64,000 bases of DNA from IMG/VR virus record IMGVR_UViG_3300031787_000005. One strand, written 5' to 3'. Shown here in pieces: positions 38,301 through 48,529 of the stretch. The stretch comes from a virus. The first letter of the stretch is position 1. Each line of letters starts with the position of its first letter. Below the pieces are notes generated by a model. That model did not search any database and was not told the origin of the DNA. It was given only the letters and a program-made list of their open reading frames with translations. Position numbers and translations under genes: made by a program.

Positions 38301-41300
38301 TTGAAATTCCAGTCCAGGAATTACATGAGAATCTTAGACCAGAAAGACCAAGTGGATCTCCAACTCTGAGATTATGTGCCCCATTTAATATAAATGTTGC
38401 AATACCAGTAGTATTGTCATAAGATCCAGTGACAATACCAAGAACTTTTGTTGGTGCAGAGTATGTGCCAATAGCAACTATAGTTGATATTCCACCAGAA
38501 GCATTTGTAACAATTCCAATTTGAGCTGGATAAAGAGGTGCAAATCCAAGTCCTTGTGTAGATCCAAATGAAATTATGACTCCACCTCTGGGAAGTTGAT
38601 TTTGATTTACATCATCTGTTGAAATAATATTTTGACCATTTGAAGATGTAATGCCAGAGAAAATAATACTACTTATTCCAACTGTTCCAACAATATAGGA
38701 TGATTGTGCGTATCCAACTGCATATTGGCTATAGTCTTGAACTATATTATCATATGGAAGTAATTCTGGATTTGGAATGTTTGATACTGGCAAATCAAAT
38801 TGTTTAAATGTGTATACATTATCTGGATTATTAGCTGTTGTTGGAGTCTGGAATATTCCATTCAGGAATAAGAATGCACTTCCGGTTTGAATTCCAGTTG
38901 TATTAAGTCCAGAAACAGTTGCTGTATAAGTTCTGCCTACACCACTCAAAGATGTTGAAATATCATCAAATATTCTATTATTGGAATAATCTTTCCTTAA
39001 ATAAACTCTTCCACCAAATACAGCTCTTGGATATGGAACATTATTCGAATTTTTTTCAAGTGTTCCCTTTCCTGTAGGTGCAGATGTAAAGTAAATAATA
39101 CTTCCAGAATCTATATTGTAAGTCCCACTATAAACTCTAACAGTACTTCCGATTCCATGAGAAGTTCCAATTGATCCAAGATACCCCCTTGTTACTTCTA
39201 TATTTGTAAAAGTACCAAAACCAGTAATTTGAGCACCAGAAGTAGTTGCAAATCCTACGTTGATGATTCTCATAATCTCATCATCAACTTTTATTGTCGC
39301 ATCTGGAATAAAATCTCTGATAGTTCCAAGAGAAAGTACAGAGGTTGACTCTCCAATTCCAGCTTGTAGTGGAGTATTTACTGGAGTATATGCTAATGGA
39401 TATTGAACAACACCATCAATTGTTATAAGAGTTTTTTCAAGTTTTGTGCTCATTTGAAGTTCATGAGCATTTCCAGATCCAAGACTTGTAAAAGTCACAT
39501 AAATTCCGGCCAGTGCATCGGACTTTCTTGTTGATAATCTGAATCTATCCTCATCAATTCTAATCGCATATACTTCAGATGGTAAAATGTCAGTGCTAAA
39601 TCCAGCTTGAGTTATTGACGTATTAATGCCAACCGCAGTTGATCCAATTCCTATGAATGTAGAACCTGGAGTATAAATTAATTTTTCTCCAGTATTGAAG
39701 AAATGTTTTTCAATTGTAAATACTCCAGTTACTGGATTTAAGAATATTGAGCTAGATGGTGAAAACTTTTTACTGAAGATAGGTACACCATCAGATGTTA
39801 ATTTAAATGATGTCTTATTTGATCTCGAACCATTAACTGCATTATAAGAAAGCAGTTCCATAGTTTCTCTCAATTTACCATATTCTATAGGTGGATAATT
39901 ATTTGAAAAATCACTTTCGGTGTAAATTACTTCATTAAAAGAGCTTATTTGTAATGATGCGGTAATGCCAGGATCTCTATAGAATCTTAATTGAGCAGGT
40001 GATGTTGAATAATCAATACCAAAAGTTCCAATGCCAGAAGTAGAACCAATAGAGACAAATGGATATTGAGTTATTACAGCATTTCCATTGTTATTTGCTA
40101 CTAATACCTGATGTAGGGCACTAGTATTTCCATAGGATACTCTTACCAAAGATTTTATTGTTGATACTTCTGTCTTATCAAATTTAAATATTGAGGTACT
40201 TGCCGCAGATACTTTTACATAATCAGATTCAAATTTGAATGATCTTTCAGTTCCTTCAATTTGACCATTTAGAATAGATCTATAAGTTCCAACACCTACT
40301 GCTGTAGTTCCAAATCCAACTACTCTGCTTCTTACAACAACTTCACCATTATAAGACGCATTTTGATAATTTAATGCAAAAATTCCTCCACTTAAAGATG
40401 CTGTAAATGTTCCAATTGGAGTGTATGAATTATTGTCTATTGCAATAGTGTCAAAGAAATAATCTGATTGATATGTATTTGTTCCATCATGAGTTATATA
40501 AAGTTCGACAATATTTTTAATTTGCTGATTGTTTTTATCATAAACTTCAGCAGTTACGTACATCGATTCTAGTTTATTTGATTGTGTAGATATTATTTGT
40601 GTTGTTATTCCAATGGTAGCAACATCAACAGATCCTGCTAGATCAATAAACCCAACATTAATTGTTCCAATACCAGCAGTATCTGCATTAAAATAAGTTT
40701 TTAGAATTTTGATATCATAATCAATATCTGTTGTGTTCGCTGGATAGAATCTAAGAGTTTTGTCCCCATATTCGTTTACATTACCTTCAATATCAACTGG
40801 TTGATTAGTTGTTGTAAATATTGATGATTTTTCAAATGTTACTAAATCAGATGGACGCCCCCCAACAACTATTACTTCTGTTGCTTGAATATCGGTAGTT
40901 GCTGGATCAATAATTTGAATCAAAAATCTGGCGAAAGAGTCTTCAAAGATAGTTTCTACATAAGGATTTAATGATGATCTTGAATTTGAAAATAGTGAAC
41001 TTATATCATCAATTTTTAAAACATTATTTGTCCTACATTCGATATAACCAGATAATTTTCTATTTCTAAGTTTTATATCCTTTGACCTTGATTGTACAAC
41101 ATTGTTATCAACAGCCAAATCAAATCCATAAATTGTATCAACGCGATCTTCATTAATGAAGTCAAAAGTAGTAATAGATTCAACTGGTGTTACAGTAACT
41201 CCAGCACCAGAAACAGACTTTACTTCAGTATCTGAGAAATTTTTCAATCCAACTGTGTGTAATAGTGAATTAACTGGATTAATTAATTTTTCAAATTCTA

Positions 41301-44300
41301 TTGGACTCTTAATTGTATATGATAAAGACTGATAATAATCATTATCCGGTAAAACCTGATAATCTTCATTTAATTTGCCGACATTATCTAACCACCCAAG
41401 ATCTTGCCTTGCAGAATAATTAATTTCAAATCTAGCGTTGTTATTGATAAAACTATCAACTTTTGCCCTTGTTCCACTAAATGATCCAATAATTAGATCG
41501 CCAATTTCTAATTCATATCTTCCAACAGCTTTAATAAATGTAGTTCTATCTTCTGTGATCACCAAATCAGTTTCAATATATTCGTTATTAACAAATACAA
41601 GTATCTTTTCACCAATACTAAATTTTGTTGCTCCAGTAACAACATCAAATCTAGGATAATCTTCGTATCTAACGAAAGAAGCAAAAGTAGGAGTTGTTAC
41701 GGCTATTCCAGCATTTGTTGTAATTCCAGTTAAATTAAATTCTAATTCTGCTGGGTTTGTATTTCTATATGCTGTAATATCATAGAATTTAAATTTATTG
41801 TCAATAGCATTAAAACCATTACCACTAGTCTCATATTTCTCAACACCCTCTACAAAAATTTTATCACCAACATTTACAACATTTTGAGCATATCCTGCAA
41901 TTGGTGTTTGAATAGTACAAGTTACTATTCCAGTTGGTCTATCATAAACTACTTTACTGATAGTAAAACTATTAGTATTATTAGTAGCAAAAAGAGTATG
42001 CTTTGAAGAATTTAAACCATTTGGCGCTTCAATGATATTAATTTTTCCTATGCCAGATCCACCTATAGTTGGTGTAATAATTCCATTATCTATCGCAATA
42101 CCATCAGAATTTGCTAATACAAGATCTGGTGCTGATTGGTAATATCTACCTCCATATGTTATGTCTATTGATTTTACAATATTTGTATCAAGTACAAAGA
42201 ATGTTGAGGGTACAAGTGCTTGAGGGCGTAAAGTTACATCAGATGGATATTCAAATCCAGGATCAATAACTCTTACTTGATCAATTTTTCCTATGGTATT
42301 TGACGCCGTATATATTTGAGCTCCAGTTCCATTTACTGAATTAAATCCATTGATAACTGGCAGTTTTTTATAACTAACTCCACTAGAAGTTAAAGATAGT
42401 CTTGCAATCGGACCATTGGCGGTTTTAGAGAAAGTTGTATAAGTGCAACTTTCACATTGGGTACTAGTATATGAAGTTGATTCTGGAATTTTTGTTAACG
42501 ATATTTTAAAATTATTTCCCGCAACATCAAATACAGAATATCTTCCATTATACAAACTATCGATATAATTTATTTTAGACGCATTGGTAACATCTAAATC
42601 AGATGTTGATATAAATCCAGATTTTTCTAAAGCATAGAAAAATACCTGAGGCATCCCAGTGTCATATCTTAAAGTTATTTTTGCATCGCCACTAACCCCT
42701 ACAGTTCCAACACCAGAAACCACAAAATTAGCAGTATTTCCAACGGATATAAATTCATTCTTAAATGCTGAATCATAATAGAATTTTAATCCATATCCAT
42801 CCAGAGTCGAATCTGAAACATCAAATACAATGTCATTATTTCTTACAATATTTAATTGTGGATTTACTAATGCTATAGTATGTGATGCTCCACCAACAGA
42901 ATTTATATTTACGATAGATGGTGGATATATTTTATTATCATATAAAGTTTCTGTAAAATTAAAAGTATTTTCATCTAAAACATAAATGTAGTAATCTCCA
43001 GTTTGCAATCCAGATGCTACCGTAGTAACAGGTCGATAATATACTTTATCACCATTCGTAAATCCATGACGATTGATTGTAATAGTATCTTTTATTGTAT
43101 TGATTCCAGAAGAACTAAACGTAATTCGATTTACAAGAATCCTTTGACCTATGGTATCATATCTAAGTCTAACTGAAGTTGATGTTCCAACACCAACTGC
43201 TTGATTTGATTTAACATCAAGATTGATAATGTCTCCATTCGTTAATCCATGGCTAGTTGAAAGAGAAACTAACGTTGTAACACGATTTACATCAGACGTT
43301 ACTTGAGTAAAATCTGATCTAACTGCATATCCAAAACTATTTGTTCCAAAATTAGCAAAAAATAGTCCTTTTGTTGTTGTAGTCAATCCAACTTGCGTTA
43401 CAATACCAATATGATCATCAGATTGTTTTACAACATAGAATGGTTCCCAATCTCCAGAACTTAGGATTGGTGTTGGACTATCATTAGGAGTTTTTTGTAC
43501 AAATAAAGATCCCTCTCCTGGTGGTTTTTTAATTAAAACTTTTTGATTTGTCTGGAACGGATGATTTGGGAGTCTAATACTCTGAATTGGAATTGATGTA
43601 GTTCCAGTTAGTTCACCAATTCCAATAGTATACGTAACAGATGTGCTGAATCCAACAGAAGTGCCAACACCTACAGATTCAACTGGATTAAAATAAACAA
43701 TATCATTTACTTTTGATTCAAATTTTGGAGTCGATATCGGTAATGAGAAATAAGTTGGAACAAGTTCAACTTTTGCTGATAATGTATGTGCAAATCCAGA
43801 ATTATTTCTAGTAACCCTTAATATTTTACGATCATCAAATCTATTAAGGATCGTCATAGTCTCGGTTCCACTGACTTTTACCACATCACCAACATTCATG
43901 TTTTCTGGAATACTGGAGACATAAATGTCTGTAATAACTCCAACAATAGAAGTTGATGGAATTGCTTTATATAAAAATGTTTGTGATGTTGTAATTCCTA
44001 CTTTGTAATTTTTACCGAGAACATTTTTTAATGATGTACTTATCCCACTCAAATAAACATTATCAGATTGGTTGAAAGTATGTGTTGTTGAAATATAACC
44101 TTGAACTTCATTTTCACTTTTCCAAATAAGAATGACATTTTGATATTTTAATGTATTAGTTGTTATATTGGTTATTTCCTTTCCTTTTATTAGGGAAACC
44201 TGTGCTGAAGCTCCAGATCCACTAGTATCTTCATTATTAAAAATTGCAGAGTCCCCAATTTTGTAATTATCACCTGCAGAGATAATATCTAACCTATCAA

Positions 44301-47300
44301 CAGAACCTCTTAAAACAGACTCTACAACTGATGTTTGGTTAATAATTTCGTTTGATTCAACTATAAAATCACTACCAGAATATTGATTGGATGTATTGTA
44401 CGGTAGAGTATTTCTGATTATTTCAGTTCCTTTAAAATTGTAATCTTGATTGATAATATAAGTTTCATCTAGCAAATTCGATCTAAAAGAATCCCCAAGA
44501 AAATAAGGAAATACCGGTTCAATTGTATTTGTTGTTTGATTTACTTTTAAAGTTGTAAAATATGCATATGTTCCTAATGGAAATTCTGGTGTCTTACAAA
44601 ATCTTCCATTTGATTCGTCTAAATCCCCAGATTCATTATAGACATAATCTTCAATAAAGAATCCTGCAGAGAATCCAGAAGGTCTATTAGTTATTGAATT
44701 AGTATTTAATACATAACTAGAATTTAATAATCTAACGGAAGAATCATTAACTTGAGGGTTATCATATCCATATGGTCCGTAAATTGGATTTCCATCTAAT
44801 GCCCAACCAATTATAGGTGAGTGATTGGATCCAGTATCACCAAAATATTGAGATCCTATATTTGTAGAGTATCCAACTATACAATATTTCAAATTAGTTA
44901 TTGATCTTTTTAAAATATCAGATCCATATCTAGAAAAAGTATTAACTCTTAAACTTCTAACATTTGGATCTAAAGAAACTTCAGATCCAGCTGATTTTAC
45001 TGTTATGCTAGTTGTATCTTGAAGATAATTTACACCAGGATTTATTACTCTGACTTCAGTAATTGCATTATTGACAATTATTGCTCTTAATTTTGCTCCC
45101 GTTCCTTCGCCACTAACAACAAGATCTGGTGTAGAATAATATTCTCTGCCACCACTTAAAACCTGTACGGAATCTATTTTTCCATTTTTAATATAAGGTT
45201 TTAACTGAGCATCTTTTCCAGTCTTTATTGTAATTAGTGGTTTTTTATGTAAATTTAAAATATTGGACCCATAATTAGTTCCTTTTTCATATAGATATAT
45301 GTCATTTATGACTCCACGAATAATGGGTGTTGCAGTTATGATGCCAGATATACCATCACGATATTTTACATTAACACTAATACTGATCGGTGGATATTGG
45401 AAAACTTGATATCCAGTTCCTTTTGATTGAAATTTAATATAATTCTTCCTTTCGTAATTTGAAGTTATTGTTCCACCAATTCCAGCATCTGCAAGTCTAA
45501 ATTTATTATCAGATAGTTTGATAACCTGATATTGTTTTGCTGTGGATAATCCAGAAATGATTGTTGGGAGAGTTGAACCAAGTCCAACATTTGTAGAATA
45601 TACTATTGTCTCACCATCATTAAATCCATGATTTACGAAATTAATCGTATTGTCACTAGTAGAAATACCAGATGGGAAAACTCTTAATTTTCTATTGGAA
45701 TATCCTTCTCCAGAAGATAATACATCAATACGAGTTACATTATTTGCAGACTCCAATAATCTAAATTTTTGGAACCCAATATTACTTGCAGTTGTAAATC
45801 CAATTGTGTTAATTCCAGAATTAAAATCTTTTTCTGTTCTATAAAGTCTTACAGTTTTTGGACCAGTTACTTGTGCAAAATATACTGAACCATTTTCTAG
45901 ATATTCAGTCTTGATACCAGTAGTATCATTTGATCCAGCAAATGTTCCGATGCTTACTGGTGGGCTTCCATTTTTATCATAAACTAATGCTTGTCCATTT
46001 TTAATATTGTGGTCTTTTATAAAACTTAAATCATCCAATATAACATCTAATCCACCACCCTGAGATGATGGCAAAGCACTAAAATCTAATTCTCTATATC
46101 TTTTTGATGTTATTGGTTTCAATATACATCCAGATCCATTTCCACCAGTAATGGTTACTGATACTGCATCGTCAATATCAAAATCTTGTGGATCCACAAA
46201 TACTTCTTTTACTGATCCAGTAACGACAGGTTGAATAAGTGCGGTAGTTCCAATTCCTGGAGATGAAACTTCAATAAGTGGTGGATTAATTACATCATAA
46301 TTTAAACCAGTATTTAATATGTTTATAGACTCTAAAGGTCCAAAATAAATTCGGTCGTTCGACTTATATGAATTTATTTCTACGCCATTTATCATTATGC
46401 CGACTGTTTCAGCTTCCGTTTTTGTCCTATTAGAACGTTGAATGTCTGGGAATAATGGGAATTTTTTAAGACTCTTTTGTGGTCCTATTTTTAGATTATT
46501 TTGGAAAGATAGTGTAAAAGTATGATTTCCTGTTCCTGGATCTAAAGTTCCAAATTCAATATAATCATCTGATGGAATGAAAGACCTTGAGGTATAAAGT
46601 TTAATCTTATTTGATTCTGTTAAAACTCTAACGTAATAAAGACCTTCATCCAATCCAGGAATAGATTGATTTTCTGGTTTATAGTATACTTCATCACCAG
46701 TTATGAATGGAACACTAGACTGGAATGATAATACAGAATATTTTAGTGATGATGGATCATATTCTTGGATTCTATTACCATTTGCTTCACCTAGAGAAAT
46801 TGATGATAAATTAGTTGTAATTGGATATGATGGTAGAGAATTTGAAGCAACATACATGTATTCATCATTTTCATTATAAACATTTTGAACATCGGATGTG
46901 ATTACATTATTTCCATATTCAATTTGTGCTCCAGAACTTGTTGCTTTATTTAAATTTCTACGGATGTCATACTCTTTAAGTGGATCAACATTAAATCCAG
47001 ATAGATTATTTAAAAGAATTTCTTTCGTTGATTTATTAATGTTAGATACAATTGCTCCAGCATATTCAACGATTTGTGTATTTCTTCTTAGAATTTCAAT
47101 TGTATCTCCAACTTTGAGAGAAGATTTATCTATATCCGAATAGAGTAAAAATGTGCTACCAGATATTCCTTTTACTTGATATCTAACGGAAGTATTGTAT
47201 ATCCAGGTATTAGAAAAAATTTGTTTCTTAGTTTTAAATTGATCGGGATTTTTTATTATTTCTCCCAGGTTTTTGACGTATATTATTTCTCCTTCATCAG

Positions 47301-48528
47301 TAAATGAGATATCGGATACTGGAACAAATTTTGATAAAACGCCAGTAATTCTTACTTCTACTTTTTTTGTTAGATCGCCATCTTCATATCCATACATAAC
47401 CTCATCAAATCTAATATCTGATGCTGGTGATATTGCAGAAGTTATCCCACTACATCCCAAAAATTGATTAATTGTTTTATCAGTGTAGGTTATCGTATTT
47501 CCAGAACAGAATACTGTTCCTGATTTTGGAAACTCAACAGTTGAATCCACACTAATAACTTTTGCCCCTGCAGTAATATTTCCAATTACTTTAGTTTTTC
47601 CTGGAACATTAAATGTTCCTTCAATAAGAGCATTTTCACTAAATCCTACAAATAATGAAAGTTTATAATATACTAGATTATTTTTTGATATAATTTCAAC
47701 TTCAGAGACAGATGCTTTTGTTGCTGAATCAGTTGACTTTCTGATGGTTTGACCAACTAGTTTTAGTGGATCTCCAGAAATTCTTTGCACAAGAAGAGTT
47801 TCTCTTCTAATGTACTCTGCAGATGATGGTTTGATTAAATATTTTTCTAAGTCTACAATTCTTGGAGTTACTCCATATAAAATATTAAAAAGTATTCTAA
47901 ACGACTCTTTTGTACCTTTAGACGCATAGAAAGATCTAGCTTCTTTTATGAAGTTACTTACGTCTAGATTTTGGACAAATGTTAATTCTTCTAATCCAGG
48001 AGTAAGAGAATATTTTACCTTTTTATAAAATTCTTGTAAGAATAAAGCACTGAGATTTTTTACACTAGATCCATCTTCATGAGAAGCAGCTTCTGAAGTG
48101 GAAAAAACTAAGTCATTTCTTTCTAGTTCTTCATAATATGTTGTGATACCACTAAAACCACGAACACAACCAGTGAATGTATTTGTTGTAATTCCAGAAT
48201 ATGTGATAATTTCATCATCAATTTTTAATAGACCCCAATTTAACGGAAATCCTTTTGTACTTTCTACCGAAATTACATCAGATTCGCTTGTTATATCAGA
48301 TTCTAGTGTAGTTTCACCACTAACTACTTCTGGAGTTAAGTTATCAAGTTTTAAATATTGATCTAAATTCTCGACAATATCAATTGAACCTCCAGGAATT
48401 TCCTGAGAAATATAATATTGCTTTAAAAAATCAGCAGCTTTTGGAGATTCTGAAAGAATAAATTCTGGAAGTTGATTTTCTACAATTTGGTGAATTTTTA
48501 CTCTCGTTTCAAATCCCGTTTTTATCAT
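35317..48528 (-). CDS. gp7: Giant baseplate wedge initiator, 4403 aa
   Basis: QLPEF..FLKQYY, FYASKGT, HSPIIGWALDGNPIYGPYG, YYQSLSYTIKS..HTVG; between gp6 and gp8. Confidence 0.85.
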   Translation of the reverse strand: MIKTGFETRVKIHQIVENQLPEFILSESPKAADFLKQYYISQEIPGGSIDIVENLDQYLKLDNLTPEVVSGETTLESDITSESDVISVESTKGFPLNWGLLKIDDEIITYSGITTNTFTGCVRGFSGITTYYEELERNDLVFSTSEAASHEDGSSVKNLSALFLQEFYKKVKYSLTPGLEELTFVQNLDVSNFIKEARSFYASKGTKESFRILFNILYGVTPRIVDLEKYLIKPSSAEYIRRETLLVQRISGDPLKLVGQTIRKSTDSATKASVSEVEIISKNNLVYYKLSLFVGFSENALIEGTFNVPGKTKVIGNITAGAKVISVDSTVEFPKSGTVFCSGNTITYTDKTINQFLGCSGITSAISPASDIRFDEVMYGYEDGDLTKKVEVRITGVLSKFVPVSDISFTDEGEIIYVKNLGEIIKNPDQFKTKKQIFSNTWIYNTSVRYQVKGISGSTFLLYSDIDKSSLKVGDTIEILRRNTQIVEYAGAIVSNINKSTKEILLNNLSGFNVDPLKEYDIRRNLNKATSSGAQIEYGNNVITSDVQNVYNENDEYMYVASNSLPSYPITTNLSSISLGEANGNRIQEYDPSSLKYSVLSFQSSVPFITGDEVYYKPENQSIPGLDEGLYYVRVLTESNKIKLYTSRSFIPSDDYIEFGTLDPGTGNHTFTLSFQNNLKIGPQKSLKKFPLFPDIQRSNRTKTEAETVGIMINGVEINSYKSNDRIYFGPLESINILNTGLNYDVINPPLIEVSSPGIGTTALIQPVVTGSVKEVFVDPQDFDIDDAVSVTITGGNGSGCILKPITSKRYRELDFSALPSSQGGGLDVILDDLSFIKDHNIKNGQALVYDKNGSPPVSIGTFAGSNDTTGIKTEYLENGSVYFAQVTGPKTVRLYRTEKDFNSGINTIGFTTASNIGFQKFRLLESANNVTRIDVLSSGEGYSNRKLRVFPSGISTSDNTINFVNHGFNDGETIVYSTNVGLGSTLPTIISGLSTAKQYQVIKLSDNKFRLADAGIGGTITSNYERKNYIKFQSKGTGYQVFQYPPISISVNVKYRDGISGIITATPIIRGVINDIYLYEKGTNYGSNILNLHKKPLITIKTGKDAQLKPYIKNGKIDSVQVLSGGREYYSTPDLVVSGEGTGAKLRAIIVNNAITEVRVINPGVNYLQDTTSITVKSAGSEVSLDPNVRSLRVNTFSRYGSDILKRSITNLKYCIVGYSTNIGSQYFGDTGSNHSPIIGWALDGNPIYGPYGYDNPQVNDSSVRLLNSSYVLNTNSITNRPSGFSAGFFIEDYVYNESGDLDESNGRFCKTPEFPLGTYAYFTTLKVNQTTNTIEPVFPYFLGDSFRSNLLDETYIINQDYNFKGTEIIRNTLPYNTSNQYSGSDFIVESNEIINQTSVVESVLRGSVDRLDIISAGDNYKIGDSAIFNNEDTSGSGASAQVSLIKGKEITNITTNTLKYQNVILIWKSENEVQGYISTTHTFNQSDNVYLSGISTSLKNVLGKNYKVGITTSQTFLYKAIPSTSIVGVITDIYVSSIPENMNVGDVVKVSGTETMTILNRFDDRKILRVTRNNSGFAHTLSAKVELVPTYFSLPISTPKFESKVNDIVYFNPVESVGVGTSVGFSTSVTYTIGIGELTGTTSIPIQSIRLPNHPFQTNQKVLIKKPPGEGSLFVQKTPNDSPTPILSSGDWEPFYVVKQSDDHIGIVTQVGLTTTTKGLFFANFGTNSFGYAVRSDFTQVTSDVNRVTTLVSLSTSHGLTNGDIINLDVKSNQAVGVGTSTSVRLRYDTIGQRILVNRITFSSSGINTIKDTITINRHGFTNGDKVYYRPVTTVASGLQTGDYYIYVLDENTFNFTETLYDNKIYPPSIVNINSVGGASHTIALVNPQLNIVRNNDIVFDVSDSTLDGYGLKFYYDSAFKNEFISVGNTANFVVSGVGTVGVSGDAKITLRYDTGMPQVFFYALEKSGFISTSDLDVTNASKINYIDSLYNGRYSVFDVAGNNFKISLTKIPESTSYTSTQCESCTYTTFSKTANGPIARLSLTSSGVSYKKLPVINGFNSVNGTGAQIYTASNTIGKIDQVRVIDPGFEYPSDVTLRPQALVPSTFFVLDTNIVKSIDITYGGRYYQSAPDLVLANSDGIAIDNGIITPTIGGSGIGKINIIEAPNGLNSSKHTLFATNNTNSFTISKVVYDRPTGIVTCTIQTPIAGYAQNVVNVGDKIFVEGVEKYETSGNGFNAIDNKFKFYDITAYRNTNPAELEFNLTGITTNAGIAVTTPTFASFVRYEDYPRFDVVTGATKFSIGEKILVFVNNEYIETDLVITEDRTTFIKAVGRYELEIGDLIIGSFSGTRAKVDSFINNNARFEINYSARQDLGWLDNVGKLNEDYQVLPDNDYYQSLSYTIKSPIEFEKLINPVNSLLHTVGLKNFSDTEVKSVSGAGVTVTPVESITTFDFINEDRVDTIYGFDLAVDNNVVQSRSKDIKLRNRKLSGYIECRTNNVLKIDDISSLFSNSRSSLNPYVETIFEDSFARFLIQIIDPATTDIQATEVIVVGGRPSDLVTFEKSSIFTTTNQPVDIEGNVNEYGDKTLRFYPANTTDIDYDIKILKTYFNADTAGIGTINVGFIDLAGSVDVATIGITTQIISTQSNKLESMYVTAEVYDKNNQQIKNIVELYITHDGTNTYQSDYFFDTIAIDNNSYTPIGTFTASLSGGIFALNYQNASYNGEVVVRSRVVGFGTTAVGVGTYRSILNGQIEGTERSFKFESDYVKVSAASTSIFKFDKTEVSTIKSLVRVSYGNTSALHQVLVANNNGNAVITQYPFVSIGSTSGIGTFGIDYSTSPAQLRFYRDPGITASLQISSFNEVIYTESDFSNNYPPIEYGKLRETMELLSYNAVNGSRSNKTSFKLTSDGVPIFSKKFSPSSSIFLNPVTGVFTIEKHFFNTGEKLIYTPGSTFIGIGSTAVGINTSITQAGFSTDILPSEVYAIRIDEDRFRLSTRKSDALAGIYVTFTSLGSGNAHELQMSTKLEKTLITIDGVVQYPLAYTPVNTPLQAGIGESTSVLSLGTIRDFIPDATIKVDDEIMRIINVGFATTSGAQITGFGTFTNIEVTRGYLGSIGTSHGIGSTVRVYSGTYNIDSGSIIYFTSAPTGKGTLEKNSNNVPYPRAVFGGRVYLRKDYSNNRIFDDISTSLSGVGRTYTATVSGLNTTGIQTGSAFLFLNGIFQTPTTANNPDNVYTFKQFDLPVSNIPNPELLPYDNIVQDYSQYAVGYAQSSYIVGTVGISSIIFSGITSSNGQNIISTDDVNQNQLPRGGVIISFGSTQGLGFAPLYPAQIGIVTNASGGISTIVAIGTYSAPTKVLGIVTGSYDNTTGIATFILNGAHNLRVGDPLGLSGLRFSCNSWTGISTFNVTGLVYNRTAGIATITVNGNHNLRAGKYVRLANIILSCPGNPIGYSTTRFPYPAGIGTLGNAYPQSSKNTLEGTYDVYRVIAGTAGTTIVLNVGVSTVNHVYVSGGTATVGVTTNIFPYPGAGPEGGIFRSLVGTGGSTIVVNGGISTIAHTYTGLGSCSVGIEWKDYNYGSGYYGGPVSIAITSPTGNSGVINAVVGAGGTLIFSIANAGTGYAATTTNINIREPSYENLPIVGVSRVGLGSTTDSGLNTLLTLKVGSNDNIAYDGVFYDAANLIESNIQLIAEVAVGRMLAFYPGFSVPNGNAECVDDIKSVLQTITHNLRFGGNDKVWDAANLYKTNPALLYGEEQQSIYAFNQARDMAIQAMRNEAINRGGYTNEIQIFDFTVIGDISGVPGVYSPSDCANVASAIGSFVGIITTTIATGIIPASKTVAPGSLFQVTEFDISRPGYAFRVGDVFKPVGLVTDARLASPISDFSITVLQTYSDQLASWELGEFDYIDSIKPLQNGVRKRFPLAFAGKLLSFETNDQDAESSLIKLENLLLIFINNVLQVPGESYEFTGGTSFTFTQAPEFEDSISIFFYNGTKESDSITIDVPETLKSGDSVKLSAFTGIASSKEQKDRTITLIAASDSIETNLYTGLGIDDDNFRELAWKKQKIDKVINGETIYKTRDSLESQIYPVARIIKDFTPASTELFVDDARFFNYEEDASATIIESVGGLIVYDTGYSTGSMTASINVTNTRVTGLTIVNAGSGYVGNTTTVSITRPRNLGVGIGTTATATVTITNGRLTTPITITNPGLGYTVAPKVLVPTPAPLKERVRNISVIEGFAGIITGISTTTGTGGHSLALKLNLKISSGDFSSLQVGYPICVTDTNVGRGVTSVDSGDASPVGVGTTFLNNIYYVHSITRAATNAEIITNIGSNSNITGLTTSGSFVGRFSWGKLSPIIRGSVAIGVTVSGLRVDSGLSTFPSIERRDYGLRSTGSLRKLLD

Positions 48529-48529
48529 T

